A stretch of 64,000 nt of DNA from Bacteroidaceae bacterium (GCA_024398665.1 JAKSIS010000002.1:4958-68957); one strand, 5' to 3'; numbered from the stretch's first letter, positions 11,794 through 22,479 are shown. The notes: generated from the sequence alone by a model not told the origin. Made by a program: numbers and translations.

Positions 11794-13637
11794 ACAGGAG
11801 TACAGTTTTCACTGACGGGCGTCTTTCAATGCTGATAAGGCATTATCTGCTTCTTTTAGCCCTTTTCATCGTGGAAAAGCCGCTGTTCATGCTTTATGCC
11901 GGAGGCGGTGGATACAGTCCTGTCGAATGGCTGGAAGTGATGCGCCACGGACTGTCCGTTGACCTTTCCGTTGCCGGATACCTTACATGTCTGCCCCTGC
12001 TCATGGTCATTACAGGCATATGGTGGGAGTCATTCCCCATCAAGACGGCAATGAAATGGTACGATGGAATCGTATCAGTCATACTGTCCCTTATTTTCTG
12101 CGGTGACTGTGCACTGTATCCATTCTGGGGTACAAAGCTTGACGCATCGGTCTTCTTCTATCTCAAGACGCCGGGCGAAGCCATGGCCAGCATATCCGTA
12201 CCTTTTCTCATAGCAGGCTTAGCAGCCGCAGCAGCCATAGCCTGGCTTGTATACAAGACTCTGACAATGGCGCTCAAGCCCTACGGGCACAAATACCCGC
12301 AGGTGCTCAGACGCATTCCCGCCACCGTTGTCATGGTTCTGCTGTACGCCCCTATTGTCCTTGCAATACGCGGAGGGCTGGGCGAATCGACAATGAATGT
12401 GGGACATGCCTATTTCAGTACGGACCAGTTCCTGAACCATTCGGCAGTCAACCCCGCATTCAGCCTGCTCAGTTCCATGGGAAAGTCCGATGACTACGCC
12501 TCATATTACGATTATTTCGATGAGGAGCAGCGTGCCGGACTGTTCGAGGGCCTCTTCCTTCAGGAGGACGGCAACACCGAAATGCTGCTCAAGACCCGCC
12601 GTCCCAACGTTCTGCTCATGATAATGGAGGGATATGGAGGCGATCTTGTGGAGCGTCTGGGAGGAACACCAGGCGTTTCGCCATGTCTGGACCGCATTTC
12701 ACGTGAAGGAGTCTTCTTTGAAAACTGTTACGCCGGCAGCTACAGGACTGACCGCGGTGTGGTATGCATACTGAACGGCCATCCGGGTCTGCCTGTCTCA
12801 TCCTACATGAAAATGCCGGTGAAAAGCGCAACTCTGCCTTCTTTCCCGTCCCGTCTGGCCCAGTTGGGATATGACACTGAATTCATGTACGGCGGTGACA
12901 TAAACTTCACGAACATGCAGAGCTACCTGTGGAGCAACGGGTACCGTAACATAATATCGGACACTGACTTCACCCCAGCCCAGCGCCATACCAACGCATG
13001 GGGTGTGAATGACGACATAACATTTTCAGCGCTTTATGACAGGATATGCGGAAAGGACCCTTCACAGCCTTGGATGACCACATTCCTGAGCCTGAGCAGC
13101 CATGAACCGTTCGATGTGCCGTTCAACAGGTTTGAAGACAAGATACCCAATTCTTTCGCATACACTGACAGCTGCCTGGGTTCACTCGTGGACAAGCTGA
13201 AATCCACTCCCGTATGGGACAGCCTGCTTGTCGTGATTATCCCCGACCACGGGTTCCCATACCCGCAGGAAGGCTTTTTCCAGGCACCGCACGTACGCCA
13301 CATCCCCGCCATATGGACCGGCGGCGCCGTACGTGAACCGCGCGTTGTGGAATGTCTTACCAACCAGTACGACATGGCCGCCACGCTGCTTGCCCAGATG
13401 GGACTGGACCACAGCGAATTCGGGTTCAGCCGCAATGTGCTGTCAAGTGCATATGAACGCCAGTTCGTGTTCTACACATACAACAACGGATTCTGTTTCA
13501 TCGATTCCACCGGTGTTTCGGTGTACGATGACGATGCCGGAAAATGTGTGATTGACGAAGGTCCTGACGGCAGGCGCAGGACTGATCTGGGCAAGGCCAT
13601 CCTACAGACCCTGTATGACGATCTGGGCAGCCGCTGA
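11790..13637 (+). CDS. LTA synthase / sulfatase-superfamily membrane phosphotransferase (paralogue 1)
   Basis: Five N-terminal TM helices plus an alkaline-phosphatase-fold domain (LLMIMEGYGG, SHEPF, PDHG). ATGA overlap with the upstream gene. Confidence 0.8.
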   Translation: MNRSTVFTDGRLSMLIRHYLLLLALFIVEKPLFMLYAGGGGYSPVEWLEVMRHGLSVDLSVAGYLTCLPLLMVITGIWWESFPIKTAMKWYDGIVSVILSLIFCGDCALYPFWGTKLDASVFFYLKTPGEAMASISVPFLIAGLAAAAAIAWLVYKTLTMALKPYGHKYPQVLRRIPATVVMVLLYAPIVLAIRGGLGESTMNVGHAYFSTDQFLNHSAVNPAFSLLSSMGKSDDYASYYDYFDEEQRAGLFEGLFLQEDGNTEMLLKTRRPNVLLMIMEGYGGDLVERLGGTPGVSPCLDRISREGVFFENCYAGSYRTDRGVVCILNGHPGLPVSSYMKMPVKSATLPSFPSRLAQLGYDTEFMYGGDINFTNMQSYLWSNGYRNIISDTDFTPAQRHTNAWGVNDDITFSALYDRICGKDPSQPWMTTFLSLSSHEPFDVPFNRFEDKIPNSFAYTDSCLGSLVDKLKSTPVWDSLLVVIIPDHGFPYPQEGFFQAPHVRHIPAIWTGGAVREPRVVECLTNQYDMAATLLAQMGLDHSEFGFSRNVLSSAYERQFVFYTYNNGFCFIDSTGVSVYDDDAGKCVIDEGPDGRRRTDLGKAILQTLYDDLGSR

Positions 13638-14582
13638 CTACTGTTTCAGATTATTGTCCCTGTCCCTCCTGACTGAAGCCAGCCAGTTGAGATAATCCTG
13701 ACGGGTCCTTTTCCAGCGGTTGTGTGTCCACAGCCACAGATACGGCTGCTCACATATGTTTTCTTCAAGAAGCCGCATATACTTTTCAGTCACGGCATAT
13801 TCAGGAAGGTCTGCGGTATGGGGGAACATGGGTATGAAGCGGCAGTTATAGTATCCGCGGCGCACCCTGGTCACCTTGCAGTAATAAACGGAGAGATCCA
13901 TCTTGCGGGCAATGCGCTCAGAACCGGTGAATACCGGCGTGTCATGGTTCATGAACCGGGTGAAATAATGTATGTTCCACAGAAGCGGAACCTGGTCGGC
14001 AATCATTCCCACAATGAACGGTTTTCCATCCCTTCGGAATTCGAGAAGCCTGCGCAGTGTATGCTCCATAGGAATGCTTTTTGCACTGTAACGTCCGCGC
14101 AGTTTCAGCATCAGCCTGTCAAAGGTACGGTTTTCAAGCGGGTGGTAAACCTGGCAGAACTCACGTGCGGAATCAAAATGCAGAGGCAGGGATGATATCC
14201 ATTCCCAATTGCCCGTATGCCCCAGATACAGAACGGCTGACCGGCCTTCTTCAAAATCCCTGCCTATGACTTCAGTATCGGAAAATGTCATGTGCCTGCA
14301 AATGCGGCGGCGGCCCATTGACGCCATCTTTAAAGTTTCGAAAATCTGGTCCAGAAACTGCCGGTAGAACCTGCGTTCAATGCTGCGCAGCTCACTGTCA
14401 TTCCTGTCGGGAAATGATTCCCGAAGATTCTTCTGAACAATCTTTCTGCGGTATCTCAGGGGAGGACATGCGAACATAACCAGCCAAATCAGGTCCGAAA
14501 GCAGATACATGAGCCTTAGCGGCAACAGTGAAAACAGCCAGACAATGACATATAGAATCCTATACAGAATATTTCCAATCAT
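13638..14582 (-). CDS. Lipid A biosynthesis (LpxL/HtrB-type) lysophospholipid acyltransferase
   Basis: N-terminal TM segment, an HX4-acidic motif LGHTGNWEW, and typical length. Start set to ATG 14580-14582 (MIGNILY...). Confidence 0.8.
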   Translation of the reverse strand: MIGNILYRILYVIVWLFSLLPLRLMYLLSDLIWLVMFACPPLRYRRKIVQKNLRESFPDRNDSELRSIERRFYRQFLDQIFETLKMASMGRRRICRHMTFSDTEVIGRDFEEGRSAVLYLGHTGNWEWISSLPLHFDSAREFCQVYHPLENRTFDRLMLKLRGRYSAKSIPMEHTLRRLLEFRRDGKPFIVGMIADQVPLLWNIHYFTRFMNHDTPVFTGSERIARKMDLSVYYCKVTRVRRGYYNCRFIPMFPHTADLPEYAVTEKYMRLLEENICEQPYLWLWTHNRWKRTRQDYLNWLASVRRDRDNNLKQ

Positions 14583-14586
14583 GTTG

Positions 14587-15816
14587 TCAGAAAACAAGTG
14601 AGAATTGAGTCCCGAATGTGAATGAAGTCCACACGCCGGCATAACAGTCCAGACCGGCATAAGCCTGCACGGCTGCGTTGTCTGCCGTTCTCAGAGACAG
14701 TCCGATGTTTCCCAGTGCCCGCATTGCGGCTGGCATTTCAAAAACCAGAGGTGTAGAGTCAGTATGTCTCAGGCTGTATTCATGTCCGTCGCTCCCGCCT
14801 ATCACGGCACGCGCACCAAGACTGGTCCTGCGGGCCAGGGGGATGTCAGCCACAATGCCCGCGCCAATGAAATGGACATCAGGCATGGTAGCGCCGTCAG
14901 GCAGCATAACCAGCGCATCCATCGCAGTTTCCCTCCTGTCAGGATTCCACTGCAGCTGTGTCAGCCCGGCCGACACCGTTGCACCAAGATACCATGGCAT
15001 ATAGTCAGCGTTCAGGTATATCGAACATGCCGGCCTTATGGCCAGTGATCCGCCGTAAAAGGTATTGGCACCAAGACTGTAGGATGACTGAAGACTGAAT
15101 GCCCATGTGTACCTGTCCCAAGCGTCAGATTGTGTCGGACTGCACTCCTTATGATGGCTGTCGCCCAGTATGATATCAGAAAGCGAATAGCCCATTTCAA
15201 CGGAAAAAATTCCTATTCCGGCACCAGCCAGAATATCTGAACACCAGTGCCTGTCCGATTCCACCCTGCTGAGAGCTGTCGCAGCTGCTATGCCGTAACC
15301 GGCCACACTGAACCATGGGCTTACAGTTTCCCCGTATTCCTTGTGCAGCAGTGTGGCGCACATGAATGAAGTTGCCGAATGCCCGGATGGGAATGAATTG
15401 CTGGCACGATGGTCAGGACGCTCTCTTCGGACCGTATACTTAAGTCCGTTTACTGCAACTGTCACTATCGCCGTGGACAATGCGCCCGACACGGTCATCC
15501 CAATCAGATCACTGCGGCTTTCAAGTCCGCAGGCCTTGAGTGAAAGCATTATTCCTGCTGGAGCATACTGTGTATAGTCGGCAAACTTCAGAAACGGTGA
15601 CTTCATGGCGCCTTCACGCACTATGCTGCGGTCAAGGACATTGTCATTGTACAGCGCACCGGCTGCAAACATGGCCGACGGAAGCACCCACCGTCCGACG
15701 GAACTGAACGCCAGACTGTCTGAACGGCCGTAAAGCAGTGCATCCGACCTTCCGGCACCGGAACCTGCAGCCGGCATAAGCAGCAGGAAAAAGGCTAGTA
15801 TTGCTCCAGTTCTCAT
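14587..15816 (-). CDS. PAP2-family phosphatase with beta-strand-rich C-terminal half ending in Phe
   Basis: PAP2 motifs are LKYTVRRERPD, PSGHS and SRVESDRHWCSD. The C-terminal ~190 aa show alternating hydrophobic strands and end ...TSFTFGTQFSLVF. Start at ATG 15814-15816. Confidence 0.8.
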   Translation of the reverse strand: MRTGAILAFFLLLMPAAGSGAGRSDALLYGRSDSLAFSSVGRWVLPSAMFAAGALYNDNVLDRSIVREGAMKSPFLKFADYTQYAPAGIMLSLKACGLESRSDLIGMTVSGALSTAIVTVAVNGLKYTVRRERPDHRASNSFPSGHSATSFMCATLLHKEYGETVSPWFSVAGYGIAAATALSRVESDRHWCSDILAGAGIGIFSVEMGYSLSDIILGDSHHKECSPTQSDAWDRYTWAFSLQSSYSLGANTFYGGSLAIRPACSIYLNADYMPWYLGATVSAGLTQLQWNPDRRETAMDALVMLPDGATMPDVHFIGAGIVADIPLARRTSLGARAVIGGSDGHEYSLRHTDSTPLVFEMPAAMRALGNIGLSLRTADNAAVQAYAGLDCYAGVWTSFTFGTQFSLVF

Positions 15817-15843
15817 ATTTGTGCCAATTCGTATACTTATCGG

Positions 15844-15851
15844 CAAAGTTA
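15844..15851 (-). promoter_or_regulatory. -7 box TAACTTTG for the PAP2-acyltransferase unit
   Basis: Plus-strand CAAAGTTA is the reverse complement of TAnnTTTG, 28 nt upstream of ATG 15816. Confidence 0.4.
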
Positions 15852-15913
15852 TTCATTTTCTTGGACAAATTCAGTAACTTCGCATTTCAAACAACTGTCA
15901 AGATCCTGTCCTG

Positions 15914-17761
15914 ATGAAAGACCTTTTCCGTTTCCTGAGACGCTTTGTACGGCCGTATCGCAAGAATCTGGTCGGAAGTATCGTATTCAACATCCTGTCA
16001 GCGCTGCTCAACGTAGTGTCATTCGCGCTGATTGTACCAATTCTTGAGATACTCTTCAAGATAAATACAAAGGTGTACGAATACATTCCGATAGCAGGAG
16101 GCATGAGCCTGGACGATATGGTCCAGGCATTCGGCAACAACTTCTACTACACAATCACGCAGTTCATTCAGACACACCATAACGGCGAATCCCTGACACT
16201 CCTGATACTGGGTCTGGTTCTGGTTGCAATGACGCTGGTCAAGACAGGCTGCTATTTCGCATCCACCGCAGTCATGGTCCCGCTGCGCACAGGCATAGTG
16301 CGTGACATGAGGGTCAAGATATATGACAAGGTTCTCAGCCTGCCCATGTCATTCTTCTCAAAAGAGCGCAAAGGTGACATCATAGCACGAATGAGCGGTG
16401 ATGTCAGCGAGATAGACAACTCCATAGCTTCATCGCTGGACATGCTCATCAAGAATCCCATACTCATTCTGGTATACATGACCACGCTGTTCCTGATCAG
16501 CTGGCAGCTTACAGTGTTCACCATAGTGGTAGGACCCGTTATCATCTGGGTAATGGGCAATATAGGCCGCAAGCTCAAGGCACAGTCACTTGATGTCCAG
16601 AACCGCTGGAGCGACACCATGTCACAGATGGAGGAAACGCTGGGAGGTCTCAGAATCATCAAGGCGTTTCTGGCAGAAGGGAAGATGTCCTCAAGGTTCG
16701 TCAGAACGAACGACGAACTGCGCAAGGCTTCAAACCGTGTCAGCCTGCGTCAGGCTCTGGCACACCCTGTAAGTGAATTCATGGGCACGGCCCTCATAGT
16801 CATTGTGCTGTGGTACGGAGGGACGCTCATCCTGGGCAACAATTCGTCAATAAGCGCTCCTGAATTCATCTATTACCTGACCATTCTTTACAGTGTAATC
16901 AACCCCATCAAGGATTTCTCAAAGGCCGGATATGCAATTCCCAAGGGCATGGCTTCCGTTGAAAGGATAGACAAGATACTGCTTGCCGACAATAACATCA
17001 CCGAACCTGAAAACCCCGTTGAAGCCGATTCTTTCCAGCATGAAATAAGGTATAACGGAGTATCATTCTCCTATGAGGCCGGTCGTGAGGTGCTATCCGG
17101 AATAGACCTGACCATTCCCCGCGGTAAGACCATAGCTCTGGTCGGCCAGTCGGGTTCTGGAAAATCAACCCTCGTTGACCTGCTTCCACGGTTCTATGAT
17201 GTCAGCGCCGGCTCCATCACAATTGACGGGACCGATATCAGGAACTTCTCACTGAAATCCCTGCGCGGCATGATGGGCAATGTGAACCAGGAAGCCATCC
17301 TGTTCAATGACACATTCTACAACAACATCACATTCGGCGTTAAGGACGCGACCATGCAGCAGGTCATAGCCGCTGCGAAAATCGCAAACGCCCATGACTT
17401 CATCATGGAGTCGGAAAACGGATATGACACCAACATCGGTGACCGCGGCTGCCTGCTTTCAGGAGGCCAGCGCCAGCGCATCAGCATTGCCCGCGCCATA
17501 CTCAAGAATCCGCCCATACTGATTCTTGACGAAGCCACATCGGCACTGGACACCGAATCGGAACGTCTTGTTCAGGAAGCGCTTGAACGCCTCATGAAGG
17601 ACCGCACTACAATAGCTATAGCCCACCGTCTGTCTACCATCAAAAATGCCGATGAAATCTGCGTAATGCATGAAGGTAAGATAGTGGAACGCGGCACTCA
17701 TGACGAACTGATTGCGCTTGACGGCTACTACAGGAAACTCAACGACATGCAACAACTGTAA
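15914..17761 (+). CDS. ABC transporter permease/ATPase, MsbA-like lipid exporter
   Basis: 6-TM domain plus Walker [10 protein letters not shown], signature LSGGQRQR and Walker [13 protein letters not shown]. Confidence 0.88.
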   Translation: MKDLFRFLRRFVRPYRKNLVGSIVFNILSALLNVVSFALIVPILEILFKINTKVYEYIPIAGGMSLDDMVQAFGNNFYYTITQFIQTHHNGESLTLLILGLVLVAMTLVKTGCYFASTAVMVPLRTGIVRDMRVKIYDKVLSLPMSFFSKERKGDIIARMSGDVSEIDNSIASSLDMLIKNPILILVYMTTLFLISWQLTVFTIVVGPVIIWVMGNIGRKLKAQSLDVQNRWSDTMSQMEETLGGLRIIKAFLAEGKMSSRFVRTNDELRKASNRVSLRQALAHPVSEFMGTALIVIVLWYGGTLILGNNSSISAPEFIYYLTILYSVINPIKDFSKAGYAIPKGMASVERIDKILLADNNITEPENPVEADSFQHEIRYNGVSFSYEAGREVLSGIDLTIPRGKTIALVGQSGSGKSTLVDLLPRFYDVSAGSITIDGTDIRNFSLKSLRGMMGNVNQEAILFNDTFYNNITFGVKDATMQQVIAAAKIANAHDFIMESENGYDTNIGDRGCLLSGGQRQRISIARAILKNPPILILDEATSALDTESERLVQEALERLMKDRTTIAIAHRLSTIKNADEICVMHEGKIVERGTHDELIALDGYYRKLNDMQQL

Positions 17762-17772
17762 AAATCACGAAT

Positions 17773-18957
17773 ATGGTCAAGATTGGTACACCGCTTACAA
17801 AGGCAGCAAAGAAGGCTATGCTGTGCGGTTCCGGAGAACTGGGAAAGGAAGTGGCGATAGAACTGCAGCGCTACGGCGTTGAAGTCATTGCATTGGACCG
17901 TTATGAGAATGCTCCTGCCATGCAGATAGCACACCGCAGTTATGTGCTGTCCATGCTGGACGGTGCACGTCTCAGGGAAATCATCGAAAAGGAAAAGCCT
18001 GACCTTATCATACCTGAGGTCGAGGCCATTGCCACACCTACTCTCATCGAACTGGAAAAGGAAGGCTACCACGTCATTCCCACCGCCAACGCCACATTCC
18101 TGACCATGAACCGCAAGGGCATACGCCAGCTGGCAGCGGAGAAGCTGGGACTTCCCACATCAAAATACCGTTTCGCCGCCACGCGTGAGGAATTCGATGC
18201 CGCAATCGCCGAGATTGGAACGCCCTGCGTTGTCAAGCCCATAATGAGTTCGTCAGGCCACGGACAGAGCGTATGCAGAACCCCGGCCGATGCCGACAGA
18301 TCATGGCAGATATCGCAGGAAGGCGGACGTGCCGGAGGCGGTGAAGTCATTGTCGAGGGATTCGTCAAATTCGATTATGAGATAACCCTGCTGACCGTAC
18401 GTCACAGTGCAGGAACAACATTCCTCAATCCCATAGGCCACCATCAGGTTGACGGAGACTACCGCGAATCATGGCAGGCACAGCCCATGAGTGAAAGCGC
18501 ACTTGCCCAGGCTCAGGACATTGCAGGGATAATCACTGACGCACTTGGCGGCTGGGGCATATTCGGAGTGGAAATGTTCGTATGCGGGGACAATGTCCTT
18601 TTCAGCGAAGTCTCCCCCCGTCCGCACGACACCGGAATGGTGACCATGATCTCACAGGACCTTTCTGAATTCGCACTGCATGCACGCGCCGTTCTGGGAC
18701 TGCCCATACCCAAGGTCACATTCTACGGCCCCAGCGCATCAAAGGCCATTGTAGTTGAAGGAGACACGGATATGGTGGAATTCGAAAACCTGGACGAAGT
18801 GCTTTCCGAACCCGATGTCCAGATCCGGCTGTTCGGCAAGCCGTTCATAAAAGGTCACCGCCGCATGGGTGTGATTCTGGCAAAGGCCGAAACGGTGGAA
18901 AAGGCCCTGGAAAAGGCCGAACGCGCCTACGCCAAACTGAAAATCAAAGTTTACTGA
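17773..18957 (+). CDS. purT: Formate-dependent phosphoribosylglycinamide formyltransferase
   Basis: 394-aa ATP-grasp protein. N-terminus [26 protein letters not shown] and overall pattern are typical of PurT. Confidence 0.88.
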   Translation: MVKIGTPLTKAAKKAMLCGSGELGKEVAIELQRYGVEVIALDRYENAPAMQIAHRSYVLSMLDGARLREIIEKEKPDLIIPEVEAIATPTLIELEKEGYHVIPTANATFLTMNRKGIRQLAAEKLGLPTSKYRFAATREEFDAAIAEIGTPCVVKPIMSSSGHGQSVCRTPADADRSWQISQEGGRAGGGEVIVEGFVKFDYEITLLTVRHSAGTTFLNPIGHHQVDGDYRESWQAQPMSESALAQAQDIAGIITDALGGWGIFGVEMFVCGDNVLFSEVSPRPHDTGMVTMISQDLSEFALHARAVLGLPIPKVTFYGPSASKAIVVEGDTDMVEFENLDEVLSEPDVQIRLFGKPFIKGHRRMGVILAKAETVEKALEKAERAYAKLKIKVY

Positions 18958-18970
18958 GCTTACAGAGCAT

Positions 18971-19004
18971 AAGGAACCGGTCAGATGACCAGTTCCTTTG
19001 TTGT
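18971..19004 (+). terminator. Possible purT terminator embedded in the 3' end of the convergent gene
   Basis: 12-position stem AAGGAACCGGTC / GACCAGTTCCTT with 11 pairs and one C-A mismatch, followed by TTTGTTGT. Confidence 0.4.
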
Positions 19005-20954
19005 CATGCACTCCATGTACTGCTGGATTATCGCTTTCAGCTGCCGGAGCATGCTTTCCTCCACATCGGGATTGCGTCCCAGAATATTGTGCTGCAGTCT
19101 GACATCGGTCCTGTATTCATAGGCTCCTATCAGTTTCTCCCCGTCAAACTTGACAAGCAGGTCACCCTTGTAGAAGAAGTATATCTCATTCGCGTAGTTG
19201 GCAACCCATATGTCATCAGGATCAGTACTGAAAATGTTCTGTCCGAAACTGATGAAAGGCCTGTCATATCCCAGATATCCCAGAATGGAGGGCAGTATGT
19301 CACTCTGCTGTGCCAGACAATCCATACGGCCGGCCTCCAGTTCTCCTGACGGGTCATAGAATATTATGGGAATGCGGTACTGCCCGTAGTCAGCCTGATA
19401 GTTGGGGTGTTCGGACAGGTTGGTATGGTCCGCAGTAAGCACGAACAGGGTGTTCTCAAACCATGGCTGACGGCTTGCGTTCTCGAAGAAAAGTCTCAAT
19501 GCATGGTCTGAATATTTGACTGTACGGTATACGGGAAGATTGCCTTCGTTGAGGAATGTGCCGCTGTAACGGTCGGGAATATTGAACGGATGGTGTGACG
19601 TGGCCGTGAAGCACGACGCGACGAAAGGCTGGCTGAAAGTGCCTATCCTGTCACACATGAACTGCAGGAACTCCTCGTCCCAAATGGCCCAGACGCCGTC
19701 AAATACGCTGCTGCCGCCATATGCCGGATCAGCTTCGAATTCATCGCGCCCGAAATAGTCATTGTAACCTATCACACGGGAATATGAACGGAAACCCATG
19801 GAATTGTTGTCAGCCCCATGGAAGAATGCCGAATAGTAGCCCTTGTGTCCAAGTTCTTCAGCCAGACCGCTCACATCCTTCTGCATCATGGTCGGTGTCA
19901 GGAAGAAATGGTCCCGGAGCATGGGAATGCCTGACAGCACTGACGGCATGGCGTCAATGCTCTTGCGTCCGTTTGCCATGGAATATTCGAAAGTCACGCT
20001 CTTCTCCATGAGTGAATCCAGGAACGGCGTGCAGTCATGTATGCCTTCCACTCCCCTGTTCTCATAACCTATGTATTCGGCACCGAAACTTTCAAGAATC
20101 ATGACCACCACGTTCTTCTGTCTGAAAGTTGCGGTGGAATCGGGCATTATCACAGGACTGTATATGGATTCCAGTTCCTCCTGGCTGTAGTACACGGGAA
20201 CTGTCATGCGTTTTCTGCCTATGGTACGTATTGCACAGAACGGTGTGTTCAGTATGGCAGCGGCATCGGCCGGACGGTTCGCGTACTGATATGCGGTGCT
20301 CATGGTTATCGGCCTGAGACTTGTGGACCAGCCGCCCCTGATTCCTACAACGCAGAACAGGCCGCATATGCACAGAGTCACGGTCTTTACAATATAGTAT
20401 GAGCCCAGACTGCGGAACTTCACGGCTTCCGGTATCCTTATCCGCCAGATGAACAGCGCCACAACCAGAATGAAGAACAGTATGAGCGGCCAGTTGTCCC
20501 TGATTGCATCGGCGAAAATCGTCCCCAGCTGCCCGCCGCCTTCATTGCTGAATTCGGCCAGAATCTGGAATGTGCTGCGGCAACCGGTGAACGGGTAATA
20601 GACCGTATCGGCAAGATTGGCCATAACACCGGCTGACACGAGTACTATGAACAGGACCCTGCAGAACCTGTAGAACCCCCTGTTCTCCTTGATGTGCAGC
20701 GGCAGCATCATGAGCGCAATGTACGGTACGGTCAGGTACATGATGCCTGATGTGTCAAACTTGAAGGCACCCTTCAGCATGGGCCATATCATGGAAGTGT
20801 CAAGCTGCCCCCTGAACACGTCCAGATTGTACAGGATGAATATTATATGGCACAGGAAGAATACAAGATACGCCCACGCAAGATTGATGAGCAATGTGGC
20901 CAACGGTGTCCTCAGTATTATCCCTTTCCGATTTTCCTCTGCTGCAGTTTTCAT
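18981..20954 (-). CDS. LTA synthase / sulfatase-superfamily membrane phosphotransferase (paralogue 2)
   Basis: Same architecture as 11790-13637 (TM block, VVMILESFGAEY, SHHPF, ADHT). Start set to ATG 20952-20954 (MKTAAEE...), a 4-nt overlap with the upstream stop. Confidence 0.8.
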   Translation of the reverse strand: MKTAAEENRKGIILRTPLATLLINLAWAYLVFFLCHIIFILYNLDVFRGQLDTSMIWPMLKGAFKFDTSGIMYLTVPYIALMMLPLHIKENRGFYRFCRVLFIVLVSAGVMANLADTVYYPFTGCRSTFQILAEFSNEGGGQLGTIFADAIRDNWPLILFFILVVALFIWRIRIPEAVKFRSLGSYYIVKTVTLCICGLFCVVGIRGGWSTSLRPITMSTAYQYANRPADAAAILNTPFCAIRTIGRKRMTVPVYYSQEELESIYSPVIMPDSTATFRQKNVVVMILESFGAEYIGYENRGVEGIHDCTPFLDSLMEKSVTFEYSMANGRKSIDAMPSVLSGIPMLRDHFFLTPTMMQKDVSGLAEELGHKGYYSAFFHGADNNSMGFRSYSRVIGYNDYFGRDEFEADPAYGGSSVFDGVWAIWDEEFLQFMCDRIGTFSQPFVASCFTATSHHPFNIPDRYSGTFLNEGNLPVYRTVKYSDHALRLFFENASRQPWFENTLFVLTADHTNLSEHPNYQADYGQYRIPIIFYDPSGELEAGRMDCLAQQSDILPSILGYLGYDRPFISFGQNIFSTDPDDIWVANYANEIYFFYKGDLLVKFDGEKLIGAYEYRTDVRLQHNILGRNPDVEESMLRQLKAIIQQYMECMTTKELVI

Positions 20955-21880
20955 TTCAATCTGTATTTTGATGCGAATCCGGGACTCACGTAGTTCGATG
21001 TGCCCAGACACACCTCAGTCCCGAACTCCACTCCCAGTTGTGCCAGTCTGTCCCATTTTTCGCGGGACAGTCCTGCTGACAGTTCCTCTTTTCCTATTTC
21101 CTCACGGACCAGTCCGTATATGGTGCCGGCATTGTAGTTGTCACCTGCCCCTATGGTGCTGACAGGTACTATTTCCTTTGCGGGGAAACTGTATTCACTC
21201 CCGCCGTCAAGTACAAAGACGCCGCGGGCACCGCGTGTACAGATGAAATTACGGCAGTATGGTGCTATGGCGCTGAGGTAAATGCTGCGGAAGTCGTCAT
21301 TCCCGTACAGGTTTACAAGATCCTCGTCACTGGCACGGACAATGTCGGCAAGTCTGTAATTTTCGGTGAATGTGTCAGAAAGCAGATGCGCCTCATGACT
21401 GTGGTTGCTGCGGAAATTAAGGTCATAATACAGTATGGCTCCACAGCTTTTGGCATATTCAAGAAATGGGCGGACCTTGTTTCTCAACACCGGATTCAGT
21501 GCAAAATAAGCCCCGAATGCCACAATGTCATCCTTTCTGATTTCCGGCATCCTGAAATCCAGACGGTTGTTGGGATAATCCTTGTAGAAACTGTAGTGCG
21601 CGTCACCGTTATCGTCCAGATATGCCAGTGAAATGGCGGTTTTCTTACCTTCATAGCATGAAATGCCATCGGTGTTTATCCCGTTATCGTGCATGAAATC
21701 CAGAATGTTCCGCCCCACCCTGTCATCACCTATTTCCGTTATGAAACTGCAGTTCAGGCCGCATCGGCCCAAAGAGATGAGACCGTTGAATACGGAACCT
21801 CCGGGTACCCCGGCCACAGGCTGTCCGTTACGGAACAGAATGTCATAAACGGTTTCACCTATGCCGAATATACGTCTCAT
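20951..21880 (-). CDS. PfkB-family carbohydrate kinase
   Basis: 309 aa with the ribokinase-fold motif TIGAGDNYNAG near the C-terminus. Confidence 0.8.
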   Translation of the reverse strand: MRRIFGIGETVYDILFRNGQPVAGVPGGSVFNGLISLGRCGLNCSFITEIGDDRVGRNILDFMHDNGINTDGISCYEGKKTAISLAYLDDNGDAHYSFYKDYPNNRLDFRMPEIRKDDIVAFGAYFALNPVLRNKVRPFLEYAKSCGAILYYDLNFRSNHSHEAHLLSDTFTENYRLADIVRASDEDLVNLYGNDDFRSIYLSAIAPYCRNFICTRGARGVFVLDGGSEYSFPAKEIVPVSTIGAGDNYNAGTIYGLVREEIGKEELSAGLSREKWDRLAQLGVEFGTEVCLGTSNYVSPGFASKYRLK

Positions 21881-22479
21881 AGCATTTTCTTTGAACGCTG
21901 TCCCAGATAACCGCCATGGTGGCGCTTGTTGTAGTCGTCAACCGTAAACCCTATCTTCTTCATCGTTTCGACCACAAGCGCATCACCTATCACGTTCATG
22001 ACCGTCGTGCTGGTGGTGGGAGCCAGACCAAGCGCGCATACTTCAGCCGGATTGCCAGTTCCTATCACCACATCGGCCCTGTCAGCCAGAGGACTGTCAG
22101 TGTTGCCGGTAACCACAATGAATTTCAGGGTCGGATCAAGTGAACGGGCCAGCTGTGCCAGTTCAAGTATTTCCCTGGTCTTTCCAGAATTTGAAACAAG
22201 CAGGAAGAGATCGTTCTTCTGAAGAATGCCCAGATCACCGTGCTGGGCTTCACTGGGATGAAGGAAAACAGACGGAGTTCCGGTCGACGAGAATGTCGTG
22301 GCCATGTTCATGGCTATCTGACCGGCCTTGCCCATTCCGCTGGTAACCAGCTTGCCTCCAAGCTGATGCACGTGGTGAACAATGAGGTCAACCGCCTTCT
22401 CATACTCAGGGCCGACAGGCATTTCCATGATAGCTCTGGCTTCAAGGGCCATCAGTTCCTTTACTGATTCTGTCATCAT
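21877..22479 (-). CDS. SIS-domain sugar-phosphate isomerase-like protein (no CBS pair)
   Basis: KpsF/GutQ-like SIS core with GKLVTSGMGKAG and LLVSNSGKTRE. Confidence 0.75.
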   Translation of the reverse strand: MMTESVKELMALEARAIMEMPVGPEYEKAVDLIVHHVHQLGGKLVTSGMGKAGQIAMNMATTFSSTGTPSVFLHPSEAQHGDLGILQKNDLFLLVSNSGKTREILELAQLARSLDPTLKFIVVTGNTDSPLADRADVVIGTGNPAEVCALGLAPTTSTTVMNVIGDALVVETMKKIGFTVDDYNKRHHGGYLGQRSKKML

